From positions 54,590 to 118,589 of the forward strand of contig JAWXAY010000010.1 of the NCBI GenBank assembly GCA_034439715.1: DNA of 64,000 nt, given 5' to 3'. Each line of letters starts with the position of its first letter. Positions within the stretch are counted from its first letter, which is position 1. Origin of the DNA: Pseudomonadota bacterium. Lineage in GTDB: Bacteria; Bdellovibrionota; Bdellovibrionia; Bdellovibrionales; SG-bin7. Below the pieces are notes generated by a model. That model had not been told where the DNA came from. It did not search any database and worked only from the letters and a program-made list of their open reading frames with translations. Position numbers and translations under genes: made by a program. Below, in pieces: positions 39,156-49,298 of the stretch.

Positions 39156-40105
39156 TTCGTCCTTAAAGCTAAGCCACAGAGTTTAAATAAAATACGGGCG
39201 CCAACATTGGCGTCCCATTCAGAGGACCCCCGGTTCTCGCCTAAAGAAACTTCACACAAATCAAAGCCGACAATCTTTTTGTTTTTTTCTAAAAGTCTAT
39301 TAAGAAAAAAACTTATTTCATTAAAACTTAAGCCGCCGGGCACAGGAGTGCCTGTGTTGGGGCAGAGCGATGGTTCCAAACCGTCTATGTCAAAACTGAT
39401 ATAAATATTTTTTGGAAGCTCAGAAATAATTTCATCAACAAGAGACGCCCAAGGCTTTCCTTTGAGCTGTTCTGATTTCAAATAATCATCATAAAATGTT
39501 TTTACGGTCTCTGCATGAGACTCAATAAAGTGTTTTTCTTCTTCGCAGTAGTCGCGAATTCCGACCTGCACCAATTTGGTAAGAGAAAGTCTATTGATCA
39601 CGTTATTCATGATGGAGGCATGTGAAAACTCAAAACCCTGGTAACTCTCTCGGAGATCGGCGTGAGCATCGAAATGAAGAATGCCGAAATCACCTTTAAA
39701 GTGTTCAGCGACGGCCTGGAGGGCGCCAAACGGTGCGGAGTGGTCGCCACCAATCACCCCACAAATTTTACCGGACTTCAATATCTCTGAGGTTTTGAGG
39801 CGCACGGCTTCATTAACTTTGCTGCTAGCAGCATTTATTTTTGTGATACTTTTGGGATCGCGAGCAAGCGGTTTAAATTCTAAGTTTAGTTCTGCGATAT
39901 TTCCAAAGTCTTCCTCCAAAAAAATTCCTTGATCGGTAAATGAACCAAAGTGGTTATCAAATAGGTCTACCTGTTGGCTGGCCTTATTAATAATTTCAGG
40001 GCCAAAAGATGTGCCTCCTCCGTATGAAGTTGTGACCTCCCAGGGGACGGGCAGCAATATGATTTTAGAATTTTCTTTTCTGGCATCTACTCCAAAAATT
40101 TTCAT
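39152..40105 (-). CDS. speB: Agmatinase (ureohydrolase family)
   Basis: GGDHS, HFDAHADL, SHAS, SFDIDGLEP, TGTPVPGGL. Confidence 0.85.
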   Translation of the reverse strand: MKIFGVDARKENSKIILLPVPWEVTTSYGGGTSFGPEIINKASQQVDLFDNHFGSFTDQGIFLEEDFGNIAELNLEFKPLARDPKSITKINAASSKVNEAVRLKTSEILKSGKICGVIGGDHSAPFGALQAVAEHFKGDFGILHFDAHADLRESYQGFEFSHASIMNNVINRLSLTKLVQVGIRDYCEEEKHFIESHAETVKTFYDDYLKSEQLKGKPWASLVDEIISELPKNIYISFDIDGLEPSLCPNTGTPVPGGLSFNEISFFLNRLLEKNKKIVGFDLCEVSLGENRGSSEWDANVGARILFKLCGLALRTN

Positions 40106-41253
40106 TTTCTATCCTTTTTCTGGGCCTTTTCTGGGCCTTTTTTCTGGGCCTTCTCAGGGAGCCGCCCAGTGATCTGTATGTCGTTCCCTAGTTTTTTAAG
40201 CCGCACATTACTTAAATTAATTCTATTTTTTAAATTTGAAATCTTTAAACCCGAGGACCACGCTACTCCATCTCCCGCGCCCAAAATTGTTGGAGCTTGA
40301 AAGACAGTCATTCTTTGTCCACAGTTTTGTTTTAAAAAACTTCCTAGAGTTTCGCCCCCGCCCTCTACTAATATCGAAAAAATACCCAGACTATAAAACT
40401 CTTTTAAAAGCGATTTTATGTCAAAGCCCATATTTTTATTATATTTTGCGGTAATAACGTTAACTTCAGATCTGTCAGTTTTTATTTTTGGCGCGACGAC
40501 CACAAAGATATCTTCACTTTTATGAGTGGCATATATTTTCGATCGATTAATCTTTTTTAATGATTTTCCTGACGGATCGAGAATAATCACTTTGTTTTTA
40601 TGATTTAAAAAATCGGGATGCCGGACGTCTAGCGAAGGATTATCGCTTTCAAAGGTCCCGCGGCCTATAAGTACGGCGGAGCAACCGGCGCGCCAATAAT
40701 GTGCCTCTTCGCGTGCGATTTTACCTGTGATCCATTGGCTTTCGCCATTTTTTAAACCTATCTGTCCGTCTAGGCTGGTTCCGACTTTCAGATTTACAAA
40801 AGGCATTTTGTTTTTCAAGTTATGGGCATGGACCTCAATGAGCTCCCAGAGTTCCGAAGGATCACCATTATATTCTAGGGACCGAATCCCGGCGGCACGT
40901 AAAATTTTGCCTCCCCTTCCGGCGACTAATGGGTTGGGATCTGTCAGTCCGTATGTCACCGACGCTAATGGTAGGACAGAAAGCGTTTGTGCACATGGGG
41001 GGGTTTTGCCCGTGTGCGCGCAAGGTTCCAAAGTTACATAAAGGTGGGCTCCATCAAGGAGGTCTTTATTTTTTAGCTTTCTAATGGCATTTATTTCTGC
41101 GTGATCTGCTCCATACCTATTGTGGTAACCTTGGCTTATAAGATTGTAATGCCGATCAAGAATCACGCAACCGACCAGGGGGTTAGGCAAAACGTAGCCC
41201 CAGCCCTTTTGGGCCTCAAGAATGGCTAAATGCATGGCTTCTGTTGCGGTCAT
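40102..41253 (-). CDS. ribD: Bifunctional riboflavin deaminase/reductase
   Basis: PNPLVGC, HAE, TLEPCAHTGKTPPC, SLDG, SQWITG, LVEGGG. Confidence 0.94.
   Translation of the reverse strand: MTATEAMHLAILEAQKGWGYVLPNPLVGCVILDRHYNLISQGYHNRYGADHAEINAIRKLKNKDLLDGAHLYVTLEPCAHTGKTPPCAQTLSVLPLASVTYGLTDPNPLVAGRGGKILRAAGIRSLEYNGDPSELWELIEVHAHNLKNKMPFVNLKVGTSLDGQIGLKNGESQWITGKIAREEAHYWRAGCSAVLIGRGTFESDNPSLDVRHPDFLNHKNKVIILDPSGKSLKKINRSKIYATHKSEDIFVVVAPKIKTDRSEVNVITAKYNKNMGFDIKSLLKEFYSLGIFSILVEGGGETLGSFLKQNCGQRMTVFQAPTILGAGDGVAWSSGLKISNLKNRINLSNVRLKKLGNDIQITGRLPEKAQKKGPEKAQKKDRK
40117..40150. repeat. Three copies of TTTCTGGGCC in the ribD 3' end (PEKAQKK twice)
   Basis: Copies at 40117, 40128 and 40141. 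Confidence 0.8.
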
Positions 41254-41408
41254 AGGGGTAGAGATTTAGTAGCCCTTTACTGGATTATCAAGGATTTAAT
41301 GGCCGCAGTTTGGGCCGGTGTTAGAGCTGCCAATTGTCAGTTGCCCGCTCTCAAACAAGGCTAAGTAAGTCTTTGCGCCTTAGATTAGGAAAAATTCAAA
41401 AACCAGTG

Positions 41409-42152
41409 TCATTTAGCCGCAGACGCGGAAACATCTTTTTTTGTAACTACCGAGAATGGAACAACTGAACTCATAAAATCCAAAAAGCTTTCAGAATTAA
41501 CACATTTCTTCTCAAGATCAGAAATTTCTTTTCCCGTCATTTCAACGCCAAATTTTTTAACGTACTTTTCAAAAATGTATTGGGCAGGCTTTTCAATAAC
41601 TTCAAGGGTATCAAAACTAAGACCTTGTTTTGAGAGATTTATATTCGATTGGTACGCTCGTCTCTCCTGACAAAATAACCCATACATAACAAAGTTAACT
41701 TTATCCTTATTTTTAACGAGAAATTCACTACGGTTTGTATCTCGTAGACCTTTTATGACAAACGGTCCAATGGCGTTTATAGCTGGGTTAGACTCCAAAA
41801 ATTGATCAAAGGCAGTCTCATCCTTTATATGCTGTAATTCATGGGCTATCGCGTGAGCCTTTTGATTAACAGAGATGTCTTTATTAATTAAAATTTCGTA
41901 TTTTTTTGTGATTGGATCTTGACGTACTCCCCCGCCATTGTGTCCCGCTCTCTTTTCAATTTCAGTTTGTTCAAGAAGAATTATTTTAACATCGGAGAAC
42001 TTGCCTGTGGAGTTTAAGTCATTAAGAACTTTTTGACCCTCAGAAAATTTCATTAAAATTGAGGCTACAGGCGAATCAGGAGGAAGATCCGCTTTTGTAA
42101 CCGAACCTAAAATTAATGGAATGGCAAAAAGCAAATTTTTGTGATTTAACAT
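41409..42152 (-). CDS. Secreted protein with HExxH motif (putative zinc metallopeptidase)
   Basis: Signal peptide; IAHELQH followed later by ERRAY. Confidence 0.6.
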   Translation of the reverse strand: MLNHKNLLFAIPLILGSVTKADLPPDSPVASILMKFSEGQKVLNDLNSTGKFSDVKIILLEQTEIEKRAGHNGGGVRQDPITKKYEILINKDISVNQKAHAIAHELQHIKDETAFDQFLESNPAINAIGPFVIKGLRDTNRSEFLVKNKDKVNFVMYGLFCQERRAYQSNINLSKQGLSFDTLEVIEKPAQYIFEKYVKKFGVEMTGKEISDLEKKCVNSESFLDFMSSVVPFSVVTKKDVSASAAK

Positions 42153-42172
42153 CAATGATTACCCCTCAAAAT

Positions 42173-42199
42173 GTATCGGCTAAAAATTTTTGTTAATTA
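42173..42199 (-). promoter_or_regulatory. sigma28-like promoter
   Basis: Minus strand TAAT-N15-GCCGATAC. Confidence 0.5.
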
Positions 42200-42393
42200 A
42201 CTTAATCCCTGGTCTTTGATCTAAACCAAATGATTTGCGATCTGAGCAAGGCCACTATTGCGTGGGCTTTGGACGGGCCGTCTGAGTGCTCGATCATTTT
42301 CTTAATCCGACCACCCATTATAACATATTGCACAAAGCTTAAAATTTAAGTTAAAAGATGTTATCGTCCCATTTCCATTTTGAGGAGAAATTG

Positions 42394-42768
42394 ATGAAGA
42401 GAATAGTAAGTTTCGATACGGCTGAGGCCAATCCTGAGAACCCCGGCGTTTTAGATATTTCTCCAGAAGAAGTTAGGGGTGAGGCTCGGGAAGTACTATT
42501 GGTAGATGTGCGTCGCAATGAAGAATTTGTTGGGGAGTTAGGGCATATTCCCGGCGCACGCCTTATTACGTTAGACCTACTTCCGGATCAAATAGATGAG
42601 CTTCCAAAAAATGTCACGATTGTGTTTATTTGTCGAAGTGGCAGCAGATCAGGTCGAGCTGCAGGGCTGGCCCTGACTAAAGGCTTTAAACATGTTTTCA
42701 ATATGAAGGGCGGGATGATTGCCTGGAACTCTTTAGAATTTGAGACGAGTACCGAAGATAGTGATTAG
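42394..42768 (+). CDS. Rhodanese-like protein
   Basis: DVRRNEEF, GHIPGA, ICRSGSRS, MKGGMIAW; GAGGAG RBS. Confidence 0.88.
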   Translation: MKRIVSFDTAEANPENPGVLDISPEEVRGEAREVLLVDVRRNEEFVGELGHIPGARLITLDLLPDQIDELPKNVTIVFICRSGSRSGRAAGLALTKGFKHVFNMKGGMIAWNSLEFETSTEDSD

Positions 42769-42769
42769 G

Positions 42770-44152
42770 ATGTCCAACGCTGAACGAGTCTACGTAAACA
42801 GAACTTTGAACCTTAAGAAAATCAAATATGTTGGTTTGGACATGGATCATACTTTAATCCGGTACAATGCCGAAAATTTTGAGGCCTTTGCACATAAAAC
42901 TATTCTTGAAAAATTAGTTAATGATAAGGGCTATCCCGTCATCATCAAAAACCAGACATTTGATTTTGAAATGGCAATTCGTGGGTTAGTTATTGATTCC
43001 CGCCACGGTAATATTTTGAAGCTCAATCGTTATGGTGCGATTCGAGTCAGCTATCATGGTACTCGCAAAATCGACTATTCGGAGCAACAAAAACTTTATA
43101 AAAATACCTATATAGATTTGAGCGATCCAAAATATAAACCCATAGACACCTCGTTTTCGCTGTCCGTTGCTTCTACCTATGCCCAACTTGTAGATCTAAA
43201 GGATGGCAAAGAGTCAAAGACGCTTCCGGGATATGACATCTTGGCCTCTGACGTGTTGGAAGTTTTGGACATTGCCCATAAAGACGAAACGCTTAAATCT
43301 GAAGTCAGAAACGACTTGTCTCGATATATTATTAAAGATCAAAAAGCTGTAGAGGGTCTTGAAAGAATGAAGTTGCACGATAAGAAACTGTTTATTTTGA
43401 CAAATTCTGATTTTTTTTACACAAAACTTTTGCTCGATTACGCTATTAATCCTTATCTTAAGAATCACGACTCATGGCAGGAGCTTTTTGACTTTGTGAT
43501 TACGAGTGCCATGAAACCCCGATTTTTTAACGACAAGCTAAAATTCTTAAAAATTAATCCTACTGATGGAACTATGATGAATTTTGAAGAGAAGTTAAAG
43601 CCTGGGATTTATCAGGGAGGCTGTGCCAATACTTTTTCGGAAGACCTGGGGCTTTCAGGAGACGAGATTCTTTACGTGGGGGATCACATTTATGGAGATA
43701 TTCTACGTTTAAAAAAAGATCAAGCTTGGCGCACGGGCTTGGTCGTAGAGGAGCTTGATCATGAGGTAGCTCAAAATCAAAAGGCTCAACCGTTACAAAC
43801 TCAAATTGACGAAATGATGGCTGAGAAAGAAAAACTCGAAGACCAGTTTGTGGCGAGATCTACTAAAACGGTAGAGGCCCATCATTCAAATGGCCAAGGT
43901 GGTCTGTCAAAAATTCAAGACAAAATATCTGAACTCGATACTAAAATTGCGACTCTCATTCATTCTCAACAAACGTTATATAATCATCGTTGGGGTCGAC
44001 TATTTCGTGCGGGTAACGAGGAGAGTTATTTCGCCCACCAGGTCGATCGATTTGCGTGCATTTACATGCCTTATTTAACCGATCTCCTCGAATACTCTCC
44101 ACGTACCTACTTTCGCGCCAAACGCCGCCCCCTCGCCCACGAAATGAATTAG
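42770..44152 (+). CDS. HAD-IG family 5'-nucleotidase (cN-II type)
   Basis: GLDMDHTL, LTNS, AMKPRFF, YVGDHIYGDI, WRTGLVVEEL. Confidence 0.9.
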   Translation: MSNAERVYVNRTLNLKKIKYVGLDMDHTLIRYNAENFEAFAHKTILEKLVNDKGYPVIIKNQTFDFEMAIRGLVIDSRHGNILKLNRYGAIRVSYHGTRKIDYSEQQKLYKNTYIDLSDPKYKPIDTSFSLSVASTYAQLVDLKDGKESKTLPGYDILASDVLEVLDIAHKDETLKSEVRNDLSRYIIKDQKAVEGLERMKLHDKKLFILTNSDFFYTKLLLDYAINPYLKNHDSWQELFDFVITSAMKPRFFNDKLKFLKINPTDGTMMNFEEKLKPGIYQGGCANTFSEDLGLSGDEILYVGDHIYGDILRLKKDQAWRTGLVVEELDHEVAQNQKAQPLQTQIDEMMAEKEKLEDQFVARSTKTVEAHHSNGQGGLSKIQDKISELDTKIATLIHSQQTLYNHRWGRLFRAGNEESYFAHQVDRFACIYMPYLTDLLEYSPRTYFRAKRRPLAHEMN

Positions 44153-44153
44153 T

Positions 44154-44238
44154 TCTCATAAGGTGCCTGCCCCTATATAGGAATGGGCTGCAGCACAGCA
44201 ATTGCCTTATCGCTTTGAGGGGCTGGCACCTTATGAGA
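44154..44238. repeat. Long inverted repeat / rod-like hairpin upstream of the pan operon
   Basis: TCTCATAAGGTGCC (44154-44167) / GGCACCTTATGAGA (44225-44238), then GCCCCT/AGGGGC and inner GCTG/CAGC. Confidence 0.75.
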
Positions 44239-44273
44239 TAGTCAATTCAATCGATTTGAAAGGACTTGATCCC

Positions 44274-44969
44274 TTGAGACAGGTACCTAAATATTTAATT
44301 ATGGGTAGTGGGCGTGTGGCTCGTCACATGTCTTACTATCTTTCGCTTCTCGAAATCCCATTCATTCAGTGGGACGGGATAGAACATGTAAAGACCTTAC
44401 TGACAAAAATCGATCGCGTCTTAGTATTGGTCTCTGATTCCGCAATTGAAAAGGTAATTACCGAGAATGGTTTGATCGAAAAGTCAAAAATTATTCAGTT
44501 CTCGGGAGCGCTTGTAACCGATCGCGCTTATGGTGCTCACCCTCTCATGACTTTTGGCAACGAAGTTTACGACCTTAAAACTTACCAAGGCTTTCCTTTT
44601 ATTATTGAAAACGAGGGGCCAGATTTTTCAGAACTTATGCCGGGGCTTCCCAATCTCTCTTATAAAATTCCCCGCGAACTTAAACCTCTTTACCACAGTC
44701 TTTGCGTTCTCAGCGGAAATTTTACCGTTTTACTGTGGCAAAAATTTTTTACCGATATGAAAAATAAGTTTGGTGTTCCTCAAGAGTCCATTAAGCCTTT
44801 TTTGCACCAAACTCTTATAAATCTCGAAAAAAACTATGAATCGGCCTTTACGGGGCCACTGTCTCGTCGAGACTTAGAAACCATCCAAAGAAATATAACG
44901 GCTTTAGCGTCAGATCCGTATGCCGACGTTTATCGCAGCTTTGTTAAGACACAGGGGTTAGAAATATGA
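44274..44969 (+). CDS. DUF2520/Rossmann-fold protein, PanG-like ketopantoate reductase candidate
   Basis: IMGSGRVA, AHPLMTF, LYHSLCVLSGNF, FTGPLSRRD; first gene of the pan operon; TTG start inferred. Confidence 0.72.
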   Translation: MRQVPKYLIMGSGRVARHMSYYLSLLEIPFIQWDGIEHVKTLLTKIDRVLVLVSDSAIEKVITENGLIEKSKIIQFSGALVTDRAYGAHPLMTFGNEVYDLKTYQGFPFIIENEGPDFSELMPGLPNLSYKIPRELKPLYHSLCVLSGNFTVLLWQKFFTDMKNKFGVPQESIKPFLHQTLINLEKNYESAFTGPLSRRDLETIQRNITALASDPYADVYRSFVKTQGLEI

Positions 44970-45757
44970 AATCTGTTTGGGACTTAATAAAAAAGAAAAA
45001 AGCTAAAGAAAAAATAACCATGGTCACTTGCTACGACTACCTGTTTGCTAAAATTCTCAACGACTCACTCATTGATATTCTCTTGGTCGGCGATAGCGCG
45101 GCCATGGTGATGCATGGGCATCCCAATACTTTAAGTGCTACCCCTGAAATGATGTGTGGGCATTCGGCAGCGGTAGCCAAAGGCGCGCCAGACAAACTAA
45201 TTGTGGCGGACATGCCGTTCATGTCTTTTCGTAAAGGAATTATTTTCGCACTTGATACTGTCAAAGCGTTAATGGTGGCAGGAGCTCATGCGGTAAAGCT
45301 TGAGGGAGTTTGGGGCCACGAAGATGTCGTCAAGGCAATTGTAGAGTCAGGAGTTCCAGTAATGGGCCATGTTGGTTTAACTCCCCAATCAGTTTTTCAG
45401 CTTGGGGGATATAAAGTTCAAGGCAAGACACGGACACAGGCTGAGGATTTGTTAATGCAGGCGCAAAAATTACAGGAACTAGGTTGTTTTTCTTTGGTCG
45501 CCGAATGTGTGCCTCAAGCCTTAGGGAAAGAATTGTCAGAAATGCTTGCTGTCCCCGTCATTGGCATTGGAGCGGGTCACGATGTCGATGGCCAGGTTTT
45601 GGTTCTCCATGATCTCCTAGGATTAAATCAAGAGATGCATCCAAAATTTGTCAGAAAATTTTTAGATGGCGCTGGTCTTGTTAGAGAAGCAGTAAATCAT
45701 TACTGTATAAACGTTAAAGAGGACAAGTATCCAACATTGGAGGAATCCTACATATGA
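44966..45757 (+). CDS. panB: 3-methyl-2-oxobutanoate hydroxymethyltransferase
   Basis: TCYDY, LVGDS, ADMPF, AVKLEG, GHVGLTPQS, GIGAG, DGQVLV. Confidence 0.96.
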   Translation: MKSVWDLIKKKKAKEKITMVTCYDYLFAKILNDSLIDILLVGDSAAMVMHGHPNTLSATPEMMCGHSAAVAKGAPDKLIVADMPFMSFRKGIIFALDTVKALMVAGAHAVKLEGVWGHEDVVKAIVESGVPVMGHVGLTPQSVFQLGGYKVQGKTRTQAEDLLMQAQKLQELGCFSLVAECVPQALGKELSEMLAVPVIGIGAGHDVDGQVLVLHDLLGLNQEMHPKFVRKFLDGAGLVREAVNHYCINVKEDKYPTLEESYI

Positions 45758-46518
45758 TCAAAATTTTTCAGGATTTAACTGACTGGACAGCCTTTCGAAA
45801 TAGCTCTCATTTTTTAAATAAAAGAGTTGGTTTTGTACCTACAATGGGCGCGCTTCACGAAGGTCACCTTTCGCTCTTTCGCCTAAGTCTATTGGAAAAT
45901 GATATTACGGTGGGTTCAATTTTTGTGAATCCTACCCAGTTTAATAACCCCGAGGATTTGAAGAAGTATCCCCACAGTTTAGAGCGGGATATGAAAATGC
46001 TCAGCGATTTAGGGGTTGATTTTTTAATTAACCCCAGCTTTGACAGCATTTACCCTGACAATTATCGTTACAAAATAGTAGAATCTGAATTGAGCCATGA
46101 TTTGTGTGGCCAGCATCGGCCAGGACATTTTGACGGCGTGTTAACTGTGGTCATGAAGCTTTTTAATCTGGTGGTTCCCGACAGGGCCTACTTTGGAGAA
46201 AAAGATTACCAGCAATATTTATTGGTGAGAGACATGGTAAAGACTTTCTTTATGTCGGTAGTGATTGTAAGTTGTCCTACAATTCGTGAGCAGACGGGAT
46301 TAGCCATGAGCTCACGAAACGAGAGACTAAATGAACAACAAAAGATTTTGGCGGCCGCCTTTGCGCGAATACTAAAAGTTTCAAGCAGGTGTGAAAATAT
46401 TCGAGAAGAGTTAAGCGAGGCCGGCATTAAAGTTGATTACATTCAGGAAAGGTGGGGTCGCCGGTTTGGCGCCGTTCACATTGGGAATGTAAGGTTAATA
46501 GATAATGTGAAGGTTTAA
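45754..46518 (+). CDS. panC: Pantoate--beta-alanine ligase
   Basis: PTMGALHEGH, SIFVNPTQF, RPGHFDGV, FGEKDYQQ, GLAMSSRN, RLIDN. Confidence 0.96.
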   Translation: MIKIFQDLTDWTAFRNSSHFLNKRVGFVPTMGALHEGHLSLFRLSLLENDITVGSIFVNPTQFNNPEDLKKYPHSLERDMKMLSDLGVDFLINPSFDSIYPDNYRYKIVESELSHDLCGQHRPGHFDGVLTVVMKLFNLVVPDRAYFGEKDYQQYLLVRDMVKTFFMSVVIVSCPTIREQTGLAMSSRNERLNEQQKILAAAFARILKVSSRCENIREELSEAGIKVDYIQERWGRRFGAVHIGNVRLIDNVKV

Positions 46519-46519
46519 C

Positions 46520-47710
46520 ATGGGTAAAAATATATTATTTAAACTGTCTGGATCCATCGCTGCTTACAAGAGTTGTGAGCTAATTTCAAAATTGGTGCAA
46601 AAGGGTTTTGAGGTGCAAGTGGTTGCAACGCCCTCGACATTAAAATTTGTGGGGGCTGCCACACTCGAGGGACTTACACGGAGGCCGGCACTCACAGATA
46701 TTTTTAAGGATGGCAACATGATGTCCCACGTTGAACTAAATCGCTGGGCGGACTTGACAGTTTTGTGTCCAGCCACAGGCAATATAGTCAATGAAATGGC
46801 GGCAGGAATTTCTAATAATCTTGTGACCACGTTATTCTTAGCCCATGATTTCAAAAAACCCTACCTTGTCGCGCCAGCAATGAACGAAAAAATGTATCAA
46901 CACCCAGCCACTCAAGCGGCAATAAAAAAGCTATCTAGTTGGGGACTTAACGTATTGCCAGTTGATAATGGTTACTTGGGTTGTGGTGATGTTGGCGAAG
47001 GGAGACTCTTAAATATCGATCGTATCTATCACGAAATTTTATTGGGATTAAAAAGCAAAGGCAGTGGTCGGGGCAATGTGTTAGTTACTTCTGGTGGAAC
47101 GGCCGAACCAATTGATGACGTGAGAGCCATTACAAATATTAGTTCAGGAAAGACAGCCGCGCATATTGCTGAGTCGTATTTCTTTGCTGGCTTTGATGTT
47201 ACCTACGTGCATGCCACGAATGCCACATTGCCAGATGTTCCCTGTAGAAAACACTCCTTCAAAACATTTATTGATCTGCAAAACTTGTTACGCGAGGAGC
47301 TGGCTATATCGAAATTTGATGTTTTTATTCATGCGGCGGCGGTAGGAGATTTTTTTGTAAAGTCGGCGTCCGGGGGCAAGATTGATTCGAGCGAGGGGAT
47401 CACATTAGCTCTTGGAAAAAACATAAAGCTATTAAACATGGTAAAAAAATGGACGGCGAACACGCGACTTAATCTTGTAGGGTTTAAGTTAACTGTAGGG
47501 GCTCCACAAGAAGAGAAAAATTTAGCTATTGATAAAATGTTTAACGAATCGCAATGTGATTATGTAGTTTCAAATGATTTGTCCGAGATCAGTGACATTA
47601 GCCATCGTGGCGAAATTTGGTCAACAAGTGGAAGTAAAGGAAAATTTGCAAGTAAACGACAGTTATCAGAAAACCTAGTACGCTTGCATTTAGAAGGGGC
47701 TGATTTATGA
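46520..47710 (+). CDS. coaBC: Phosphopantothenoylcysteine decarboxylase/ligase
   Basis: [50 protein letters not shown]. Confidence 0.93.
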   Translation: MGKNILFKLSGSIAAYKSCELISKLVQKGFEVQVVATPSTLKFVGAATLEGLTRRPALTDIFKDGNMMSHVELNRWADLTVLCPATGNIVNEMAAGISNNLVTTLFLAHDFKKPYLVAPAMNEKMYQHPATQAAIKKLSSWGLNVLPVDNGYLGCGDVGEGRLLNIDRIYHEILLGLKSKGSGRGNVLVTSGGTAEPIDDVRAITNISSGKTAAHIAESYFFAGFDVTYVHATNATLPDVPCRKHSFKTFIDLQNLLREELAISKFDVFIHAAAVGDFFVKSASGGKIDSSEGITLALGKNIKLLNMVKKWTANTRLNLVGFKLTVGAPQEEKNLAIDKMFNESQCDYVVSNDLSEISDISHRGEIWSTSGSKGKFASKRQLSENLVRLHLEGADL

Positions 47711-48477
47711 CATTGTGTTTAGACGTCGGCAACAGCCAGATTTTTGGCGGGGTTTTTGAAAACGGAAAGTCCGTTTTTACTTTTCGAAAGAATTCTAAGG
47801 GAAATTCTTCGTCAGATGAAATCGGCCTTTTTTTAAAAGGCGTTTTGCGTGAAAATGATTTTGACCCAGATAGGATAAAACATATTGCAGTATGTTCTGT
47901 AGTTCCAGCTGTTGACCACTCCCTAAGGAATTGCTGTAAAAAATATTTTAATTTGATTCCCTTTTTCTTGCAAGCCGGAGTTAAAACGGGTTTGAAAATT
48001 AAATATCGAAATCCTTTAGAAGTTGGTGCAGACAGAATCGCTAATGCGATTGCCGCCACCCATTTATTTGTAAATCAGGACATCATAGTAATTGATTTCG
48101 GTACGGCGACTACCTTTTGTGCGGTCAATAAAAACAAAGAATACCTAGGTGGAGTTATTGTGGCGGGAATAAGAACTAGCATGGAAGCCTTGGAGGCTCA
48201 AACAGCGAAGCTTCCCGTTGTAGAGATCGTGGCGCCCAAGGAAACCTTAGGACGGTCAACTGTCGAAAGCATACAGTCAGGTCTTTACTACGGCCATGTT
48301 GGTGTCGTGAATGAAATCGTTAGTCGTTTAAGTAATGATATTTTCTTAGGTCAGAAGCCTTTGATCTTAGGCACGGGTGGTTTTTCGAGCCTCTTTGAGA
48401 AAGAAAAGCTTTTTGACAGGATAATTCCTGACTTAGTTTTGCAAGGTCTAAATACAGCTTTGAAATTAAATGTTTAG
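47707..48477 (+). CDS. coaX: Type III pantothenate kinase
   Basis: [24 protein letters not shown]. Confidence 0.93.
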   Translation: MTLCLDVGNSQIFGGVFENGKSVFTFRKNSKGNSSSDEIGLFLKGVLRENDFDPDRIKHIAVCSVVPAVDHSLRNCCKKYFNLIPFFLQAGVKTGLKIKYRNPLEVGADRIANAIAATHLFVNQDIIVIDFGTATTFCAVNKNKEYLGGVIVAGIRTSMEALEAQTAKLPVVEIVAPKETLGRSTVESIQSGLYYGHVGVVNEIVSRLSNDIFLGQKPLILGTGGFSSLFEKEKLFDRIIPDLVLQGLNTALKLNV

Positions 48478-48758
48478 CGCGCGGCTTTGCCGTCAGTGTC
48501 GCTAGTAGAGAAAGGCAAATAGTTGGGGCCGTCATCAAGGTCTTTAAGTCCATTGCCTTCGGGGCCAGAGAATCCAGCTTCTGAGACATTAGATTCAGGG
48601 TAATATTGAGGGTCTGAAGAGTAGCCCGTTGAGCGCGGCCCCTGCTCATCAACTATTGCCTTGATGCCCCAAATGCTATTTGAAAAGGGATTGCCAAAAG
48701 CCTGTGATTGACTAAATAAGATCAAGCTCCCAAGGATAACTTTAATTAAACTTCTCAT
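48474..48758 (-). CDS. Small secreted hypothetical protein
   Basis: Signal peptide ending SQA; ATGA overlap with the upstream gene. Confidence 0.55.
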   Translation of the reverse strand: MRSLIKVILGSLILFSQSQAFGNPFSNSIWGIKAIVDEQGPRSTGYSSDPQYYPESNVSEAGFSGPEGNGLKDLDDGPNYLPFSTSDTDGKAAR

Positions 48759-49165
48759 TCTAACTCCTCTTCAAAATTTATATTGGACACAGTTTTTTTT
48801 GGAGGTAAGACCGAGGCTAACTTTCGTATATTTTGGAAGCCAACTTGTTTGCCTTCATTGGCCTGATATTTTTTTATAGATTGAGCGAGTTCAACCCGAG
48901 TTACTAGGGGTAATTCCATTTTTGACTTTCTTTTATAAAGCTCGCTTATTTCAATAACCGCAACGGAAGGTTTTACTGACGAAGCTCTATGAGATTGCTG
49001 ATAGTAATTTGTTATTACAATGTTAAGCACCTTTTGATTAATATGTTTTTTAGCTTTAATCGGTTTGAATTTTATCAATGGGGATTTGGATGTTTCTGTG
49101 CCTGAAAACCCGATGCTTGGGTTTAAAAAACCAATAATTATAAGTACAAGGCTCAAAAATCTCAA
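48755..49165 (-). CDS. Secreted hypothetical protein
   Basis: Signal peptide; GGAG RBS; TTG start. Confidence 0.55.
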   Translation of the reverse strand: MRFLSLVLIIIGFLNPSIGFSGTETSKSPLIKFKPIKAKKHINQKVLNIVITNYYQQSHRASSVKPSVAVIEISELYKRKSKMELPLVTRVELAQSIKKYQANEGKQVGFQNIRKLASVLPPKKTVSNINFEEELE

Positions 49166-49197
49166 TTATAGATCTCCGGTGTTATTACGGTTATATT

Positions 49198-49213
49198 TGC
49201 AATATGGGGGCCT
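49198..49213 (-). promoter_or_regulatory. sigma54-like promoter
   Basis: Minus strand AGGCCCCCATATTGCA (GG-N10-GC). Confidence 0.4.
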
Positions 49214-49298
49214 TGCCGGCTCAAACGAGACGCCCCTAGCGCCTTGCTCCTATCCAAACTATTAACAGTTGTTAAGTGTAATGACAGAGATTTGATTC

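Noticed and set aside
41254..41408. FMN or c-di-GMP riboswitch upstream of ribD
   Set aside because: RFN conserved blocks are absent; a lone GGCGCAAAG lacks the rest of the c-di-GMP-I motif.
42239..42295. Hammerhead ribozyme reading of the three-way junction
   Set aside because: The CUGANGA and GAAA core is not present.
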